64,000 nt of DNA from a bacterium (GCA_030427445.1 JAUIBQ010000001.1:25782-89781), one strand, 5' to 3'. Shown: positions 44,863 through 54,900, numbered from the stretch's first letter. The notes: generated from the sequence alone by a model not told the origin. Translations and numbers: made by a program.

Positions 44863-45668
44863 TGGCAACTAAACCAACTAAGCTTCGACACATCCTTGAT
44901 ACCGTCCTGATCATTAAAAGATTAGCCGTCATCGCATTGATTGCATTTACTGCGTTCATTCTTTACCGACTACTCATAAACACTGTCTTGAGTCGCAGTG
45001 TTATATTTGGGATCATTACGCTCTGGGCGTTCAGCGCTTACATCGTACTCCCACGCATCCATCGATTACTCACAAAGATTTACATCCCAAATTATTTTAT
45101 CGGCAGGACAAGAACTGGCGACGGCCTACTTGGCGACCCGGTAAATCTTGCTTTACTTGGAAGTAAAAGAGACATTGAGCAAGCTATGAAGAAAGCTGGG
45201 TGGATAGAGGCAGATCAGCTAAACGCTACATCGACCTGGAAAATGATTACTGCTTCACTGAGGCGTAAAAGCTACCCCAACGCACCTGTGAGCTCTCTCT
45301 ATTTATTCGGGAACAAACAAGACCTAGCGTTCCAGCAAGAAGTAAATGGCTCGACTAAGTCACGCCATCACGTCCGCTTTTGGAAAGTTCCTAGAGGCTG
45401 GTATTTACCAGGAGGGTATACGTGCGACTACCTTGGGGCTGCAACGTTTGACACTGCAGTAGGGGTGTCGCTCTATACTTTTCAAGTCACACATCGAATC
45501 GAAGAAGACACCGACATTGAACGCGACTATGTCATACAATCACTTACCGATTCAAATAAAAAAATTACAGTCGATATAGTCAAAAACTTTACGACTGGAT
45601 ATCATTCAAGAAATGGCGGTGGAGACACTATAAAAACGGATGGTAGCCTCCCGTTCATACATCTTTAG
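44862..45668 (+). CDS. LssY C-terminal domain protein
   Basis: N-terminal TM helices. GDPVNLALLGSKRDIEQAMKKAGW block typical of LssY_C. Confidence 0.65.
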   Translation: MATKPTKLRHILDTVLIIKRLAVIALIAFTAFILYRLLINTVLSRSVIFGIITLWAFSAYIVLPRIHRLLTKIYIPNYFIGRTRTGDGLLGDPVNLALLGSKRDIEQAMKKAGWIEADQLNATSTWKMITASLRRKSYPNAPVSSLYLFGNKQDLAFQQEVNGSTKSRHHVRFWKVPRGWYLPGGYTCDYLGAATFDTAVGVSLYTFQVTHRIEEDTDIERDYVIQSLTDSNKKITVDIVKNFTTGYHSRNGGGDTIKTDGSLPFIHL

Positions 45669-46045
45669 TTAGATTCTGTTGGTGCGCCTACATACTTCGC
45701 CTGTCCCCAACCCAAGTACATATACCCAAAATAAGAGAACAGGATGAGTACGACAGCCATGCCAAACCCTTTACCGAATGCTTTAGCTATTCCCAATGAA
45801 ATTAATGCAATGCTCACGACATTCACGAGTGGGATAAACAAACAGATAAAAACCCACAGTGGTTGTCCTGCGATTTTAGTGAGTATGTAGTTGTTATAAA
45901 CAGGTATTAGAGACTTCCACCCTTCGTAACCCGCCTTCACGAACATCTGCCAAAGAGATAACACACCGATTAACCATATGATTATCCCTACCGTAAAAAT
46001 ATAACTTGCTGTTGAGAGATCCATTGTCCCACTCCTTTTTTTCAA
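45665..46045 (-). CDS. DUF5684-like small membrane protein
   Basis: WQMFVKAGYEGWKSLIPVYNNYILTKIAGQPLW pattern. Confidence 0.6.
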   Translation of the reverse strand: MKKRSGTMDLSTASYIFTVGIIIWLIGVLSLWQMFVKAGYEGWKSLIPVYNNYILTKIAGQPLWVFICLFIPLVNVVSIALISLGIAKAFGKGFGMAVVLILFSYFGYMYLGWGQAKYVGAPTESN

Positions 46046-46137
46046 TTATTACTGAAAGTATAACAGATAACAGTTTATAAGCTTTGTAATAGAACTTTTT
46101 GTGGTATATTTTAAGCATAAAAGAGGGAGCTACACTA

Positions 46138-46560
46138 ATGGCAACAACATCAAACAACCAAATCGAAACACCAACCTATCTCAGATTCTCAAAAGTCATC
46201 GTCTGGTTAATGTATTTTTGGGTGATGATAGGCGTAATCGCACTGAGCTTGCGGGTGTTTTTACTACTATTCTCAGCTAACACTTCTGCAGGATTCGCGA
46301 ACTTTGTCATGAATGTTTCCGGAGATTATCTGCAACCATTCAGAGGTATCTTTGACTATCGTCCAGTAGGCGAAACAGGTTATTTGGATGTATCGGCGAT
46401 TTTCGCAATCATTATTTATCTATTTATCGTCTGGGGCTTTAAGGCATTAATTGACTACGTGCAAAACAAGATAGACACAAGCATGCATGAACAGAAAATG
46501 GAGCGCCTACGCCAAGAGCTTTCGACTGCTCGCAAGGGAAAAACAACTGCGAAAAAGTAG
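46138..46560 (+). CDS. YggT-like membrane protein
   Basis: AGAGGGAG SD before the ATG at 46138. Two TM helices flank the DYLQPFRGIF-type loop. Confidence 0.5.
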   Translation: MATTSNNQIETPTYLRFSKVIVWLMYFWVMIGVIALSLRVFLLLFSANTSAGFANFVMNVSGDYLQPFRGIFDYRPVGETGYLDVSAIFAIIIYLFIVWGFKALIDYVQNKIDTSMHEQKMERLRQELSTARKGKTTAKK

Positions 46561-46561
46561 A

Positions 46562-47371
46562 TTAGTCTACGTTTCGGATAGCATCGACCGCATTCTGTAC
46601 TGGCTTAACGTAGGCTTTAGCAAGTTCATGCCCAGCCGCTACACGAACTAGTTTAACATGACTATTCGTGTTTTGGATTCGCTTGTAATTTTTCTTAATC
46701 ACTAGTGGGTCAACCACACCATAGATAATCGTGGTCGGTTTACGAATCTTTTTTATATCCTCGTACGATGTCTGATGCAGTATGCTCGACTCTAGGGCCG
46801 CCATGTACACAGCCACATTTTCCTGTGTAAGCTCAAATGCTTCACCTGTAATCTTAAGCTTTGCAGCAACTGGCGCAAGACTTGTCATTAGTTCTGGATT
46901 TTTGATTGCATAGCGATAGAAATTTTTAAGTATTTTGCCGTTTTCTGGCAAGATTGCTTTACGCTGACTTTCATTGTAGATCGGCGGTCCACACAAAACT
47001 AAACCACGCACAAACACTGGGTATTTTTTGGCAAGTTCAATTGCAGTTAGTCCTCCCATAGAATGACCGATTACGATTACACGTTGTTTAACACCGTACT
47101 TTAGAAGAGTTCTTGCTACTGATTTTGCTTGAATCGAAATATTGTATTTTGTCTTCTCTGGCTTAGGAGATTTACCAAACCCTAATAAATCAATGGAGAT
47201 GACCCGTAAGTCGTCAGGAAGTTCTTGAGCGATTTTATCCCAAGCTCGTGAAGACTCGCCAAGGCCATGCAGTAATACGACAGTCGCTTTATACGCATCT
47301 GATTTTCTGTCCTCATGCACATGGAGTATGTAAGGGATTTTAAATAGTCTGTAACATATGCTTTTAAACAT
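46562..47371 (-). CDS. alpha/beta hydrolase
   Basis: VVLLHGLGES and the GHSMGG nucleophile elbow. Confidence 0.75.
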   Translation of the reverse strand: MFKSICYRLFKIPYILHVHEDRKSDAYKATVVLLHGLGESSRAWDKIAQELPDDLRVISIDLLGFGKSPKPEKTKYNISIQAKSVARTLLKYGVKQRVIVIGHSMGGLTAIELAKKYPVFVRGLVLCGPPIYNESQRKAILPENGKILKNFYRYAIKNPELMTSLAPVAAKLKITGEAFELTQENVAVYMAALESSILHQTSYEDIKKIRKPTTIIYGVVDPLVIKKNYKRIQNTNSHVKLVRVAAGHELAKAYVKPVQNAVDAIRNVD

Positions 47372-47523
47372 CGATAGTAGTGTACCTGTTTATGGCAACT
47401 GCTCCAATTATGTCGAGGCAGAAAATTGATATTTATCACAGTCGTATCTGTAACATTTCGCACACATTTGGCCAGAGAACACATGCATACTACTATGTAG
47501 TCAACATAACACGTGGAGGTATT

Positions 47524-48189
47524 ATGGAAGATAATGTACTAGATACATTAAAAGATTCATCATTGGATCTCGTAGACGGTGGAGTAGAGTTTCTGCCTAA
47601 ATTATTAATCGCGATTTTGCTACTACTCGTAGGATTTTTTGTAGCAAAAGCTGTGGGCAAGCTCGTTGGTAAGGCTGTCGATTATGTCGAAAACAGCAAG
47701 CCGGTAACTGCCACGCTATCAAGCATTGGGGTAAAGTCTGTTGATATCGACAGCATTGTAGAACTGTTCGTGAAATGGTCTATCATCTTGATATTCCTAA
47801 GCGCATCAGTCGACGTACTCGAGCTCGATCCTCTCACACAAACATTTAACTCGTTAGTTGAGTTTATACCTAACATCTTAGCGGCAGTAGCTGTAGCAGG
47901 GCTTACGATATTTGCAGGAAATGCAATGTACGATATCGTCTTCCAGTCTGCTGAAAAAGCGCGGGTAAATGGTCATAAAACACTGGCTAAGATCTCACAG
48001 ATAGCCGTATGGGTATTTGGTCTTCCGCTAGCTGCAGCTCAGCTCGGACTTAACCTCACTATCGTGACGAACAACATCACTGTTGTTGTCGCGGGTGTCA
48101 TGCTTGCGTTCGCTCTCGCATTTGGCCTTGGTGGTCGCGATACTGCAGGAAAGATCGTGAGTGACTTACACAAAAACTGGAAGAAGTAG
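47524..48189 (+). CDS. membrane protein with TM-helix repeats (MscS-N-terminal-like)
   Basis: GGAGG SD before the ATG at 47524. Repeated LLLVGFFVAKAVGKLV-type helices. Confidence 0.55.
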   Translation: MEDNVLDTLKDSSLDLVDGGVEFLPKLLIAILLLLVGFFVAKAVGKLVGKAVDYVENSKPVTATLSSIGVKSVDIDSIVELFVKWSIILIFLSASVDVLELDPLTQTFNSLVEFIPNILAAVAVAGLTIFAGNAMYDIVFQSAEKARVNGHKTLAKISQIAVWVFGLPLAAAQLGLNLTIVTNNITVVVAGVMLAFALAFGLGGRDTAGKIVSDLHKNWKK

Positions 48190-48212
48190 TCTTTATCGAC
48201 TAACTCTAAGAA

Positions 48213-48240
48213 CCGGCAGATACTTTCTGCCGGTATTTTA
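48213..48240 (+). terminator. intrinsic terminator
   Basis: ACCGGCAG-ATACTTT-CTGCCGGT followed by ATTTT. Confidence 0.75.
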
Positions 48241-48255
48241 GTGTAGTATGTAATC

Positions 48256-48822
48256 ATGAAAAGAGTAATCATCGTTCATGGGTATACAGGTCATCCTGGC
48301 AAAAACTGGTTTCCATGGCTTAAGGCTAAGCTAGAAGAACTTGGACACGAAGTGTTAGTGCCTGCAATGCCTAGCCCTGATAAACCACTCTTGAGTGAAT
48401 GGCTACCGCATCTACATGAAGCTGTTAGTGCTCCAGATAAAGACACTTACCTCGTAGGGCACAGTTTAGGTTGCCCGACTATTTTAAGATACATTGAATC
48501 TCTGGACGTCGATGAAAAAATAGGCGGAGCACTTTTGGTTGCTGGATTCGCCGAACCCTTGCCACACCTCCCACAGCTAGATAGCTTTACTTCCGACGAA
48601 TGGAACGACCAAGCAGTTGTATCGCATGCAAATAATATTACAATCTTAAACTCAAGAGATGATAAAGCTGTTCCTTTTTTCAATGCAGAACACGTAAGAG
48701 ATAGATTCAAGGCAAAGCTTGTTGCGATTGATAGTGCAGGGCATATAAACGAAAAATCAGGTCATACACAAGTGCCGTTTGTTTTAAATGAGCTCAAAGA
48801 CATGCTAGGATACCAATCATGA
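48256..48822 (+). CDS. RBBP9/YdeN-family serine hydrolase
   Basis: MKRVIIVHGYTGHPGKNWFPWLK start and GHSLGC elbow. ~188-aa size is typical. Confidence 0.75.
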   Translation: MKRVIIVHGYTGHPGKNWFPWLKAKLEELGHEVLVPAMPSPDKPLLSEWLPHLHEAVSAPDKDTYLVGHSLGCPTILRYIESLDVDEKIGGALLVAGFAEPLPHLPQLDSFTSDEWNDQAVVSHANNITILNSRDDKAVPFFNAEHVRDRFKAKLVAIDSAGHINEKSGHTQVPFVLNELKDMLGYQS

Positions 48823-49337
48823 AACTCATTTTTATCTATGGACCACCAGCAGTAGGAAAGCTTACGGTAGCAGAAAAACTGTCAGAACTTTCTGGTATAC
48901 CGTTGTTTCACAACCACGTAACACGAGATCTAGTACAGGATATATATGGAGATGGTATAGCTGAGAATTATGATTTAGTTAGAGATATCAGAAACCTGGT
49001 CCTCTCATACTGTGCCAAAAACGACACAGATTTAATATTTACATACGTATATGGAGGAGCGGAAGATGACGAGCATGTGCGTAAAATGAAGTCTAGCGTC
49101 GAAGACAATGGTGGTGAAGCCGTCTTCGTTGAGCTAACAGCTGAGCGTGCAGACCTCCTCGTAAGAGTGAACGGTGAATCGCGTAAACGCTACAAGAAGC
49201 TACATGATGCAAAAATTTTAGAGAAACTAACAGAAGACATGGAGAAGTTCTCAATACCTTTCATCGAAAAAACTGCTATAGATACGAGCAAATATTCATC
49301 TGACGAAGTAGCGAAAATGATACAGGAATTATTATAA
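48819..49337 (+). CDS. P-loop ATPase/kinase-like protein
   Basis: GPPAVGKLT Walker A at the N-terminus. The start overlaps the previous stop. Confidence 0.6.
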   Translation: MKLIFIYGPPAVGKLTVAEKLSELSGIPLFHNHVTRDLVQDIYGDGIAENYDLVRDIRNLVLSYCAKNDTDLIFTYVYGGAEDDEHVRKMKSSVEDNGGEAVFVELTAERADLLVRVNGESRKRYKKLHDAKILEKLTEDMEKFSIPFIEKTAIDTSKYSSDEVAKMIQELL

Positions 49338-49384
49338 TTCCACGCCGTTTGGCGTTTTAACACCTTAGAGTTTCACTTCATTTA
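49338..49384 (+). repeat. Rep-A copy
   Basis: TTCCACGCCGTTTGGCGTTTTAACACCTTAGAGTTTCACTTCATTT, immediately after the stop codon. Confidence 0.85.
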
Positions 49385-49420
49385 TATATTCATTAATTCA
49401 TCATACTACTAACGTATACT

Positions 49421-50149
49421 GTGAGTATGGATAAAATTGAGCATCATATTTCACATACCTACCAACCAACAAACACTACATGCAGTCAGACTGCACTATC
49501 TATACTACTTAGTCATTACGAAAACATCATCGAGCCATTAGAGCTTGAAGAGAGAATACCACAGACAACGAACGAGCTCGGTGAAAAACAAGGTACTATC
49601 AATCAGCACCTTGCAACATGGTGCTTATCTCAGGGCTTCAATGTCACTATGTATACCTTTGACTGCCAAATTATCGACCAGTCATGGTCAACACTGGAGA
49701 AAGATGAGTTAATTACAAGGCTAAAGCTTCGTAAAGATGGGTGGGTAGTACCTGGCATGGGTGAGCAATGGACAATAGAATACACGCAGGGCTATATAGA
49801 TTTCATGGAAGCAGGTGGTGAACTACATATACAGCAGGCAGTTACGTCTGATTTACTATACGAACTACTGCAAAAAGGGCCACTTCTTCCTTGTGTCAGT
49901 TTTAGTACACTATACGGCTCAGGCAGGACTGTGCTAACTCAAGAAGAAGATACCCCAGATGACATCAATGGCCGCGCGACAAATCACTCAATCGTTATTT
50001 ATGGCAACGATGAAAATGGTAACTTTCTAGTTGCTGATCCTTTTAAGAAACCAGGAAAGCTTGTTATTGATAAAGAACGAATGCTAGCTGCAATATCAAC
50101 TGCTCAAATAGAGTGCGATAATCTGCTTTTTCAACTTTATAAGAAGTAG
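49421..50149 (+). CDS. papain-like (C39-like) cysteine peptidase domain protein
   Basis: QPTNTTCSQTALSILL (candidate catalytic Cys) and a downstream NHSIVIYG (candidate His). The assignment rests on pattern only. Confidence 0.5.
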   Translation: MSMDKIEHHISHTYQPTNTTCSQTALSILLSHYENIIEPLELEERIPQTTNELGEKQGTINQHLATWCLSQGFNVTMYTFDCQIIDQSWSTLEKDELITRLKLRKDGWVVPGMGEQWTIEYTQGYIDFMEAGGELHIQQAVTSDLLYELLQKGPLLPCVSFSTLYGSGRTVLTQEEDTPDDINGRATNHSIVIYGNDENGNFLVADPFKKPGKLVIDKERMLAAISTAQIECDNLLFQLYKK

Positions 50150-50150
50150 T

Positions 50151-50198
50151 TATCCACGCCGTTTGGTGTTTTAACTCCTTAGGATTTCACCGCATTTT
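50151..50198 (+). repeat. Rep-A copy
   Basis: TATCCACGCCGTTTGGTGTTTTAACTCCTTAGGATTTCACCGCATTTT. Confidence 0.85.
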
Positions 50199-50445
50199 GA
50201 TAATTCTGGTAAGAGATTTCTCTGTAGGCACGTGCCAATTTGTCGATTTCCTGCATGAGTAGAAAAGCAGTTGAGAAGATACTTGGTAGCCCAGCAAAAT
50301 ACCGCTCCTGATTAGCAAATGTTATTAATGACAGCTTATTTCCGTTCAACCATATGTCGTGGAGGTTGTTTTGTTTTAGGGCATTCACTATTTTGGGTAT
50401 AAAGACTACAATCGATTTCACATAAGACACCGGTATTATTGACAC
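50179..50445 (-). CDS. doubtful hypothetical ORF (88 aa)
   Basis: The last six codons are supplied by the Rep-A copy. No motif. Confidence 0.3.
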   Translation of the reverse strand: MSIIPVSYVKSIVVFIPKIVNALKQNNLHDIWLNGNKLSLITFANQERYFAGLPSIFSTAFLLMQEIDKLARAYREISYQNYQNAVKS

Positions 50446-50475
50446 GACGTACGTTATTATGCTATAATATATATT

Positions 50476-51321
50476 ATGAAGAGATTAGCACCGCTTATTG
50501 CAACAGGAGCGATACTCACCGGTTGTGGCGGAAATACCGAACTTAATTTTCGAGAAGAAGCACAATTACTTACTGAACTAGGCACAAACAGTAATGAGTC
50601 TTATGATGATGCTGCGAATAACATCGCAAATGTAGCTGTCGACGGGAACATTACTTATGTTGAAGTAACAGAAGATGTCGAACACTTCGATCCAGAATTA
50701 GTATTTCAGGCGTACAGTTTATACGATTCATTCTCTTCATCTAATCCAGCTCGCCTTATCCCGTATGCAGTGGCAGACAAGGATATGAATGTCGTCGATA
50801 TAGGCAATATTTATGTAGAGATAGAGCAGTCCAAAAAAGATCATGTTGTATATTCGATACCAACAAATATTAATCCAAATCCATTTTATGGTCATCCTAG
50901 TGTTTTTACTGATTTCGATAACTTTGAGCAAACAGTATCAGTAGTAAGGCCGAACAACCAATCACCTCTTGAAGGTTTGCTAGTTGAGGCTTGTCAATCA
51001 AGTGTCCATGTACAGCTAGAGTCAAATGACGAACAGCTGCCGGTAGAGGATATCGATGGGTTCGAGTTGTTGGCTCAAGAAACAATATGTAACGGTATTG
51101 GGAAAGCACTTACTTCGAAGATTAGTGGATTAGATTATCAAACTTACATTAAAGTATACGAAACAAATAGCACTGTTCCGAATATTGGGTACCAACAATC
51201 TGACGGTCAAACAGACGTATTCGTAGATATGCCAATCCTTGACGAGGCAGCTTATGATAAATTGCCATCAATAAACGCAGCCACATTACATGGGCTTACA
51301 TACGGCACTTTGTACGAGTAA
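50476..51321 (+). CDS. lipoprotein, unknown function
   Basis: Signal peptide with lipobox LTGC (MKRLAPLIATGAILTGCGG). Confidence 0.65.
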   Translation: MKRLAPLIATGAILTGCGGNTELNFREEAQLLTELGTNSNESYDDAANNIANVAVDGNITYVEVTEDVEHFDPELVFQAYSLYDSFSSSNPARLIPYAVADKDMNVVDIGNIYVEIEQSKKDHVVYSIPTNINPNPFYGHPSVFTDFDNFEQTVSVVRPNNQSPLEGLLVEACQSSVHVQLESNDEQLPVEDIDGFELLAQETICNGIGKALTSKISGLDYQTYIKVYETNSTVPNIGYQQSDGQTDVFVDMPILDEAAYDKLPSINAATLHGLTYGTLYE

Positions 51322-51383
51322 AATTGTTCAGAAATTTTAGTACCATTGACATATAGTAGTTATTAATGTTATAATAATCTTTG

Positions 51384-52202
51384 ATGAATAGACTGATCCC
51401 CATAATCACAGCTGGCGCAGTTTTTGCTGGTTGCGGAGGTAGTCCAGAACGTGCTGAGCTTGTGCATGACGCACCAAAGAGCGTAAAAGCAGAGCTACCA
51501 AACAGCCAATTCGATAACGCCGTACAAGAGTATAAAGACAGCTTCGGTTGTGCGGTTCCGATTGAAGACATAGTTATCAGTTATGTCGACTATTCATATG
51601 AAGAGCGGGCGATTGCAGATGCGTATGGCATGGGCATAGAGGATGTGTCCATTGGTGGGCGCACATACTCAGACAACTCTATTGGGATCAACCCCGATCT
51701 TCCTGAAACTGAGCAGTTAGGGACTCTGCAACATGAAATCGGACATGCCTGCAACGACAGGATTAACTACAAAACTCTTGAGGAACCAATTATTCTTGAC
51801 CAAGATTTTCAAATAATTGGTTTCGAGGGCTTTACTGTATTGTTTGACGGGTATACAGGCACAGATGAGAGCCAAGACGGAATCAACATGTTTACGATTA
51901 TCGAGGAAGCGATGGTGGACCTGCAAGCATCACAGCTCAGCCACTTTCAGGGTGTTGAATACGGAGCACAAGCTAGACTAGACTTACTAAAACAGATCAA
52001 TGACGTGTCTGGCATCGATATCGACACAGCATCTGACCTGATGCAATCCGATAATCTAGATCAGTACTTAGGACTTGTATTTAACAAAAAAACTGAAGAC
52101 TTAACGCCAGCAGACTACATAACAGTTATCAATATGTTTGTCGGTGCATACGAAACCGGTGCTCTACCATCGAATCAAGAAATTGAATCATTACGACAAT
52201 AG
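51384..52202 (+). CDS. lipoprotein with HExxH zinc-metallopeptidase motif
   Basis: Lipobox FAGC (MNRLIPIITAGAVFAGCGG). LQHEIGHACN motif. Confidence 0.6.
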   Translation: MNRLIPIITAGAVFAGCGGSPERAELVHDAPKSVKAELPNSQFDNAVQEYKDSFGCAVPIEDIVISYVDYSYEERAIADAYGMGIEDVSIGGRTYSDNSIGINPDLPETEQLGTLQHEIGHACNDRINYKTLEEPIILDQDFQIIGFEGFTVLFDGYTGTDESQDGINMFTIIEEAMVDLQASQLSHFQGVEYGAQARLDLLKQINDVSGIDIDTASDLMQSDNLDQYLGLVFNKKTEDLTPADYITVINMFVGAYETGALPSNQEIESLRQ

Positions 52203-52246
52203 GCTAGCCAACAATTACTTAGCGTTATTTATTATAAAATATACTT

Positions 52247-53137
52247 ATGAAACAAAATTTTCTATCTAATTATGGCCTAGGCATCATTGATAAGTACAAG
52301 TCTCATGGAGACGTATTGCCTCCGATTGAAAAACTCGACTCATGGATAGATGTATTATCCAAGTCTAAAGATCCGATGAAAGTATGGCTCGCGAGCAACA
52401 TGGCAGTTGATTGTGCACTACACCCTGAGAGCATTGATGAAAGAGTAAGGCGACTCGATATAGCGACTGAAGAAATTGATACGAGTCTCGACTCATACAC
52501 GTATGGGCTTGAAGAGTACGGGGTAGACGGCAGTAGCCGGCTACAGCAATATGTAGCAGCGAATGCAATTTACGCTGCAAACATCGCAGCTATAAAAGGA
52601 CAGATCGACAGCGTACAAGATCACGATGAAACATATGAAGACGTCCTACAGAGACTTGATTGGCTGGCAGAGCACGATATGACAGGAAGGGGATCAGCAG
52701 GTGAAGCTCATGCTGCCGAGTTCGTTCCTCAGCTACTTGTGATGCGTGCTGGAGGGGCGATAGATGACATAGCTACCGGTAGACTTTCGCAATTTCGAGA
52801 AGATCAGCGATCAAAGGGTATTCGTGATGACATCAATAAAAGCTGGGATAGTGGCCTGACATTTGCTGGCGACTCGGATGGTCTGGTGCATCCTGCCGTA
52901 AAACTTCAGATCAAACTAAAGAAAGTGAAGTCAGCCGATACTTATAGACGAGCGCGTGTAATCCCATTCACTATGAGACAAATAGGGGTTCTCTGTGTGG
53001 AAGACCTGATTAATGGTGTCCTAGCTGAAAATGATTTGCCTGGCAGTGAAGGGCGAGCGTACAGTTCAGAACAGCTAGACGATATCACGGGCAATCTTAT
53101 TACTGTGCTTGAAAGTGAAATGCGTAAAACTACGTAA
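52247..53137 (+). CDS. hypothetical protein (296 aa)
   Basis: Long ORF with no motif. Confidence 0.6.
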   Translation: MKQNFLSNYGLGIIDKYKSHGDVLPPIEKLDSWIDVLSKSKDPMKVWLASNMAVDCALHPESIDERVRRLDIATEEIDTSLDSYTYGLEEYGVDGSSRLQQYVAANAIYAANIAAIKGQIDSVQDHDETYEDVLQRLDWLAEHDMTGRGSAGEAHAAEFVPQLLVMRAGGAIDDIATGRLSQFREDQRSKGIRDDINKSWDSGLTFAGDSDGLVHPAVKLQIKLKKVKSADTYRRARVIPFTMRQIGVLCVEDLINGVLAENDLPGSEGRAYSSEQLDDITGNLITVLESEMRKTT

Positions 53138-53410
53138 GGTTTAATGAGAAATAATAATACCTGAAGCATTGCACAAAGCTAAACACACTTTAATTTTCAC
53201 TACTATAGTATTTATTGCTTACAGATAGTACTACTCTCACATGAAGTAGCTCGCCGGGTATATTACAGCTGGAGTAGTAGACTTACTTTCTAGTATGGCA
53301 ATGCATAGACTTGTGAGGGCATACATTAAAAAAACAAATCGAATTCAGTCCCTGAATGCCCACCACCTAAGGCCGAGGAAGATTTATCAGAAGGGAGTGT
53401 AACTCTCTAA

Positions 53411-53460
53411 ATCCACGCCGTTTGGCAATTTAACTCCTCAGGAGTTCACATCATTTTTTT
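53411..53460 (+). repeat. Rep-A copy (left edge of island)
   Basis: ATCCACGCCGTTTGGCAATTTAACTCCTCAGGAGTTCACATCATTTTTTT. Confidence 0.8.
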
Positions 53461-53562
53461 AGATATTTATTTCGATGTCCTTTGTGCGACAAAGGACCAA
53501 AACATGGGGGTCCGGAGCATCTGTCTCTATAAAATTGTTGTTGAGAAGTACATGGCGACAAA

Positions 53563-53690
53563 AAGGCGTTTCACTTCCTCCTAGTTTTGCTCTTTAACAT
53601 GTATTTTCAACGAACAATTATTATCGGGTCAGATACTCTTTAAACCCCCATGCCCCAGGAAGTTGTGCAAATACATAATTTGCTATTTAA
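53563..53690 (+). repeat. partial family-B element (GGCGTTTCACTTCCTCC block and palindrome P1)
   Basis: GGCGTTTCACTTCCTCC recurs inverted at ~60705. GCAAATACATAATTTGC lies at 53667-53683. Confidence 0.65.
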
Positions 53691-53694
53691 TGAT

Positions 53695-53846
53695 GATCCT
53701 CAGAAGTTACTCTGAAGCTAAAACCTACTTTTCATCGGTATGAAGTCTTTATGCTGCAAAAACCACTCAAATATCAGGTATTAATAATTATCAAATATTT
53801 TCCAGTCAGCCTGGTAATTCTCACTGAACAAGGATAGTATGAAGCC
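53695..53846 (+). promoter_or_regulatory. island upstream module copy 1 (two hairpins plus TGGTAA-N17-TAGTAT promoter)
   Basis: CCTCAGAAGTTACTCTGAAG and TTCATCGGTATGAA hairpins. TGGTAA at 53812-53817, TAGTAT at 53835-53840, ATG 6 nt later. Confidence 0.55.
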
Positions 53847-54260
53847 ATGAATATGTATAAATCAAAATACAAACAACTACCGGGAACTTCGTATAGTGAA
53901 TTGATACGCTTGGCACGTAGTGAATATCATACAATTCAAAAAAGAACCCCTCGTCGCGTACCATATATTAGATCTGCGTATTTCACTAAAGACAAGATAT
54001 TTGTGAATAATTTCTGGGATCACTTGTCGCAAAAATCACCAAGAGATAGAGTAAGAAGGCTAAAACTCTACATAGCAGCTATAGATACTCTAAGAAATTC
54101 TAAAATACCACCAGAATCAATGCAAAACCCTAATAATCGAGAAGAGACGTTGCATCGTTTTTCCAGTATCACTGATGATGAGATTACATTTTATGTGCAA
54201 GTTAAAGAGAATAAGCGAACAAATAGAAAAGAATTTATTTCTTGTTTTCCTGCAAAATAA
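53847..54260 (+). CDS. hypothetical basic protein (137 aa), island cargo
   Basis: ORF directly after module copy 1. Blocks FWDHLSQKSPRDRVRRLKLY and FYVQVKENKRTNRKEFISCFP. I cannot name a family. Confidence 0.6.
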   Translation: MNMYKSKYKQLPGTSYSELIRLARSEYHTIQKRTPRRVPYIRSAYFTKDKIFVNNFWDHLSQKSPRDRVRRLKLYIAAIDTLRNSKIPPESMQNPNNREETLHRFSSITDDEITFYVQVKENKRTNRKEFISCFPAK

Positions 54261-54380
54261 AAAAGGCCTTCCGCTGTGTAGTTCAAAGACTACTGCCGAA
54301 GGTCTTAAATTAAATATAGCATAAGCTATTAGTTTATGTCAATATTTTGTCAATAGTTTATTTAATTGCCTTACTGCGGC

Positions 54381-54524
54381 TGGTCCTCAGAAATTATCCT
54401 GAAGCTATATCTTACTTTTCATCGGTATGAAGTCTTTATGATGATGAAACTCCAGTGTCAGTTATTAAATATCAAATATCTACCAACCTGGTAATTCTCG
54501 CTTTTAAGGGGTAGTATGTAAGCA
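54381..54524 (+). promoter_or_regulatory. island upstream module copy 2
   Basis: Same two hairpins. TGGTAA at 54489-54494, TAGTAT at 54512-54517, ATG 7 nt later. Confidence 0.55.
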
Positions 54525-54872
54525 ATGAGTGACTTGCAGAAATTACAAGAAAGAGTACTGAGGTTCCGGGATGAGCGAGACTGGAAGCAATTTCATAATC
54601 CTAAAGACTTAGCGATCTCACTTCTGGCGGAAGCTGCGGAGCTTCTAGACGAATTTAAGTGGAAAGATGAAAAACAGATAGCGCAACATCTCAGAGAAAA
54701 CAAAGAATCAGTATCAGATGAAGTCATGGATGTGCTTTACAATACATTATTAATTGCAGCAGACCTTGATATCGATATCTCAAAAGAATTTGAACGTAAA
54801 ATGCAGTCTAACGAAGCCAAGTATCCGATCGAGAAGTCGTCTGGAAATAATAAGAAATATACTGAGATATAG
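54525..54872 (+). CDS. MazG-like nucleoside triphosphate pyrophosphohydrolase
   Basis: RFRDERDWKQFHNPKDLAISLLAEAAELLDEFKWK and DVLYNTLLIAADLDIDI are the all-alpha MazG/dCTPase-type blocks (EExxE/D region). Confidence 0.85.
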   Translation: MSDLQKLQERVLRFRDERDWKQFHNPKDLAISLLAEAAELLDEFKWKDEKQIAQHLRENKESVSDEVMDVLYNTLLIAADLDIDISKEFERKMQSNEAKYPIEKSSGNNKKYTEI

Positions 54873-54900
54873 TTTCTGTCTTAGTTGTTCATCGATTGTA

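Noticed and set aside
53294-53401. 35-codon basic ORF (MAMHRLVRAYIKKTNRIQSLNAHHLRPRKIYQKGV) in the gap at the island's left edge, considered as an HNH-nuclease remnant
   Set aside because: There is only a vague N..L..HH resemblance, no SD, and it is very short. It cannot be supported from sequence alone.
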